DNA of 64,000 nucleotides from Mobula birostris (taxonomy: Eukaryota), in NCBI RefSeq assembly GCF_030028105.1, contig NC_092379.1:24979821-25043820 (forward strand), written 5' to 3'. Position 1 is the first letter of the stretch. Each line of letters starts with the position of its first letter. The notes under the pieces are model-generated. The model was not told where the DNA came from and ran no database searches. It was given only the letters and a program-made list of their open reading frames with translations. A program made the translations under genes and the position numbers. Shown here piece after piece: positions 61,801 to 64,000 of this stretch.

Positions 61801-63649
61801 TAATAGGGAGAATTCACTGCAATTACACATGGACAGAAAAACTACAAAAAAAAAACAACTTTTTTTTTTTTTTGCCCGTGGATCCTTTGTGTACATGTCT
61901 ATGATATGAGTTTCTGCTTTTTTATTATAGATATATATATATATATTTTTCCATACATCTTCACACTTGATCTTTGCTTGTGTGATGTGTCGATAGTTGG
62001 ACCAATATATTTTGTATTTAGAATTTTTTTCCGGAAAGAAAATGCTGAACACCTGAATAAAAAGAAACAGGTAGCTCTGGACGTATTGAAAGGCCAAATA
62101 ATATTAGTAACTGATTTGGGCTACTTTTTGTGGAACGACTTACGATGTTTATCACCAAACCGCCCAGGCTCTACCCGGTTATGTGGCACTTCAAAGTTCC
62201 CATATTTGTACAAAACCCATAACGGTAATTTTACTTTCTGTATATTCCGCGATAGCAACTCTTTCCCGCTCCCTCATTAATTGATGTCCTAAAAAATTAT
62301 TTTCAAATTCATTGAAGTTATAAGCGTTTTCTTTTTTTTAATTTTTTGTACTATGTCGTACGATTCGCATATTGCCTTAGTTATCGTGCAAAAATAATAT
62401 TATTTTCATCATTCTCTTCTCCTAGTTAACAAAGGCAAGTTAATATAACTTGCCACCAAATAAAATGAGTGGGGAAGCAGCCATGGGTGTGATCTGAATG
62501 TAGTCTGGTGTCTCACAAATATTGCGCTGAACATTATTTCGTCTTGCCTTTTGTTTATCTGCCGATTTCGCCAGATAATTAAAATCAATAAATTCCTTAT
62601 CCGAGAGATGAATTGAAATTATGTGGTCCAATTTTGTCTCATGGCTTCTGAAATCTGCAGTGTTTATGCAAACAATGACATCGAAAATACGAGTGCTTTC
62701 ACACCGGAGTGACCTTGGGTCGTTTATTATTCAAGAGTTCAGTAGTTCAATAGTACCATTTTATATCACAGAATGCATAGAGTAAGCAACCAGAATTTCT
62801 TGTTCTTCGCAGACATCCACAAAAAAAAAGAAAAGCACCCCGATGATTTAATAGCAGTATAAACTTGCTAACCTAAATCTCCGTACCCGTACTTCCCATG
62901 ACTAACAGCAGTAAAGTAACAACCCATCCAGTCAGCAAACTTACTTTAGCAAAGAACATGGGCACCCACCGATCAAACAACTGCAAAGCCCTTTACAGGA
63001 AAAAGAGAACGAATCCTTCACCTGACCAGTTCGACATACCATAGCCTCTTCCCCCCTCTAATAAAGGGAAGTGTACAGAGGCATACGTTTTCATTCGAAT
63101 GATATCAATGTCTCTAAATAGTTGAACTGTTAGTTGATAACTCCGATTGACAACATTTTCTTGAGAAAGAAACTGCATAATCCAAGAAAACAGGTCTCAA
63201 CGTATTTGTGTGTTATTTTCCTCCCGGGATGAAAACAAACAAGCAAAAAAAAATGTTTCAACTGAGGCATTTGTCTGGAGTAAACAGTGAATGGTTTTGC
63301 AGTTTAGTTACGTCATGTAAAAGTCAGTCAAAATTCTGTTTTCCATATTTTTGTAAAATTGATCCGAGAATGTAAATGTAATGCTTTATTTTGGCGATAT
63401 ATGTCACTCTACAGCAGTGGGAGGTTAGCTGAAAGATATAAATAAATCTGAACAGAATAAAGACCAAAACATGCCGCGAGTGAAAATTTGCATAAAATGA
63501 TTGACTGCAATGTTCAAAAAATGGAGGGGCTAAGTGTGGAGGTTTTCACGAAATATACCGTTATACAATGGGCGTTTGCACCGACTATGGTGAGTCTCCA
63601 ACGTATGTTGAAGTTCATTTTTTAAGTCATTCGCTAACGTGATATCAGT

Positions 63650-64000
63650 GACAACGGCGACTTTCCTATGATAGGTCAAGCTCCAACTTCGAAATTGTGC
63701 AATCTGTTATTGAGAACGATGGCCAGATGGCTATTCTGCACCTGTCCCGTATTCGATTTACTCTTCCTGTCTGCAATCCGCTTTCCTGCATCCTGCAACT
63801 TGCGTGCGACGACTTCTCTTTGTGTCCTCTCTATGATCCCCTGAGATTCCCGAATGTTTCAGAAATCATTCAGTTCCAGCTCCAACATCTCAACGCGGAA
63901 TGTTAAAATTTACAACTTGTCCACCTCGCAGTTTAAGTCGTCAGGGAGAGTGAAGGTTTCCCTGCCATTTCACACCCCACATGAGAAGCATTTAAATATC
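63650..64000 (-). mobile_element. Decayed CR1 ORF1 fragment
   Basis: Minus translation LELELNDF*NIRESQGIIERTQREVV..QVQNSHLAIVLNNR aligns with CR1 ORF1 LEQQLDDLRLIRENEAVID..QVVQSTPVAIPLSNK at 29627-30324. Confidence 0.6.

Noticed and set aside
63486-63600. Octamer ATTTGCAT, ATG and GTGAGT donor suggesting a leader exon
   Set aside because: Peptide is not hydrophobic, and the downstream sequence is an antisense CR1 ORF1 relic rather than a V exon.

Overview
Repeat-dense genomic DNA from a cartilaginous fish (inferred from the CR1/Penelope repeat types and the NAR-type V domains; probably a ray, which is inference only). About half of the window is CR1 LINEs of several subfamilies. It also holds Penelope-like elements with hammerhead ribozyme motifs, two Ty3/Gypsy remnants, a hAT transposon with an 8-bp TSD, a tRNA-SINE and an RTE-derived insert. 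The non-repeat DNA belongs to a T-cell receptor alpha/delta-type locus. Main result: two minus-strand NAR-TCR-like cassettes (leader, CDR2-less NAR-type V, 23-RSS, 12-RSS/D/12-RSS, 23-RSS/J) at 18309-19624 and 39050-40271. They lie in a ~10 kb segmental duplication and both have damaged RSSs. Copy 1 is followed by a decayed V exon whose acceptor is in frame with the J, as expected for a 'supporting' V-delta. A structurally intact TCR alpha/delta V exon with a good 23-type RSS lies on the + strand at 55363-55704. Several further V relics are low-confidence, by-eye calls. No constant-region exon or ordinary host gene was recognised.
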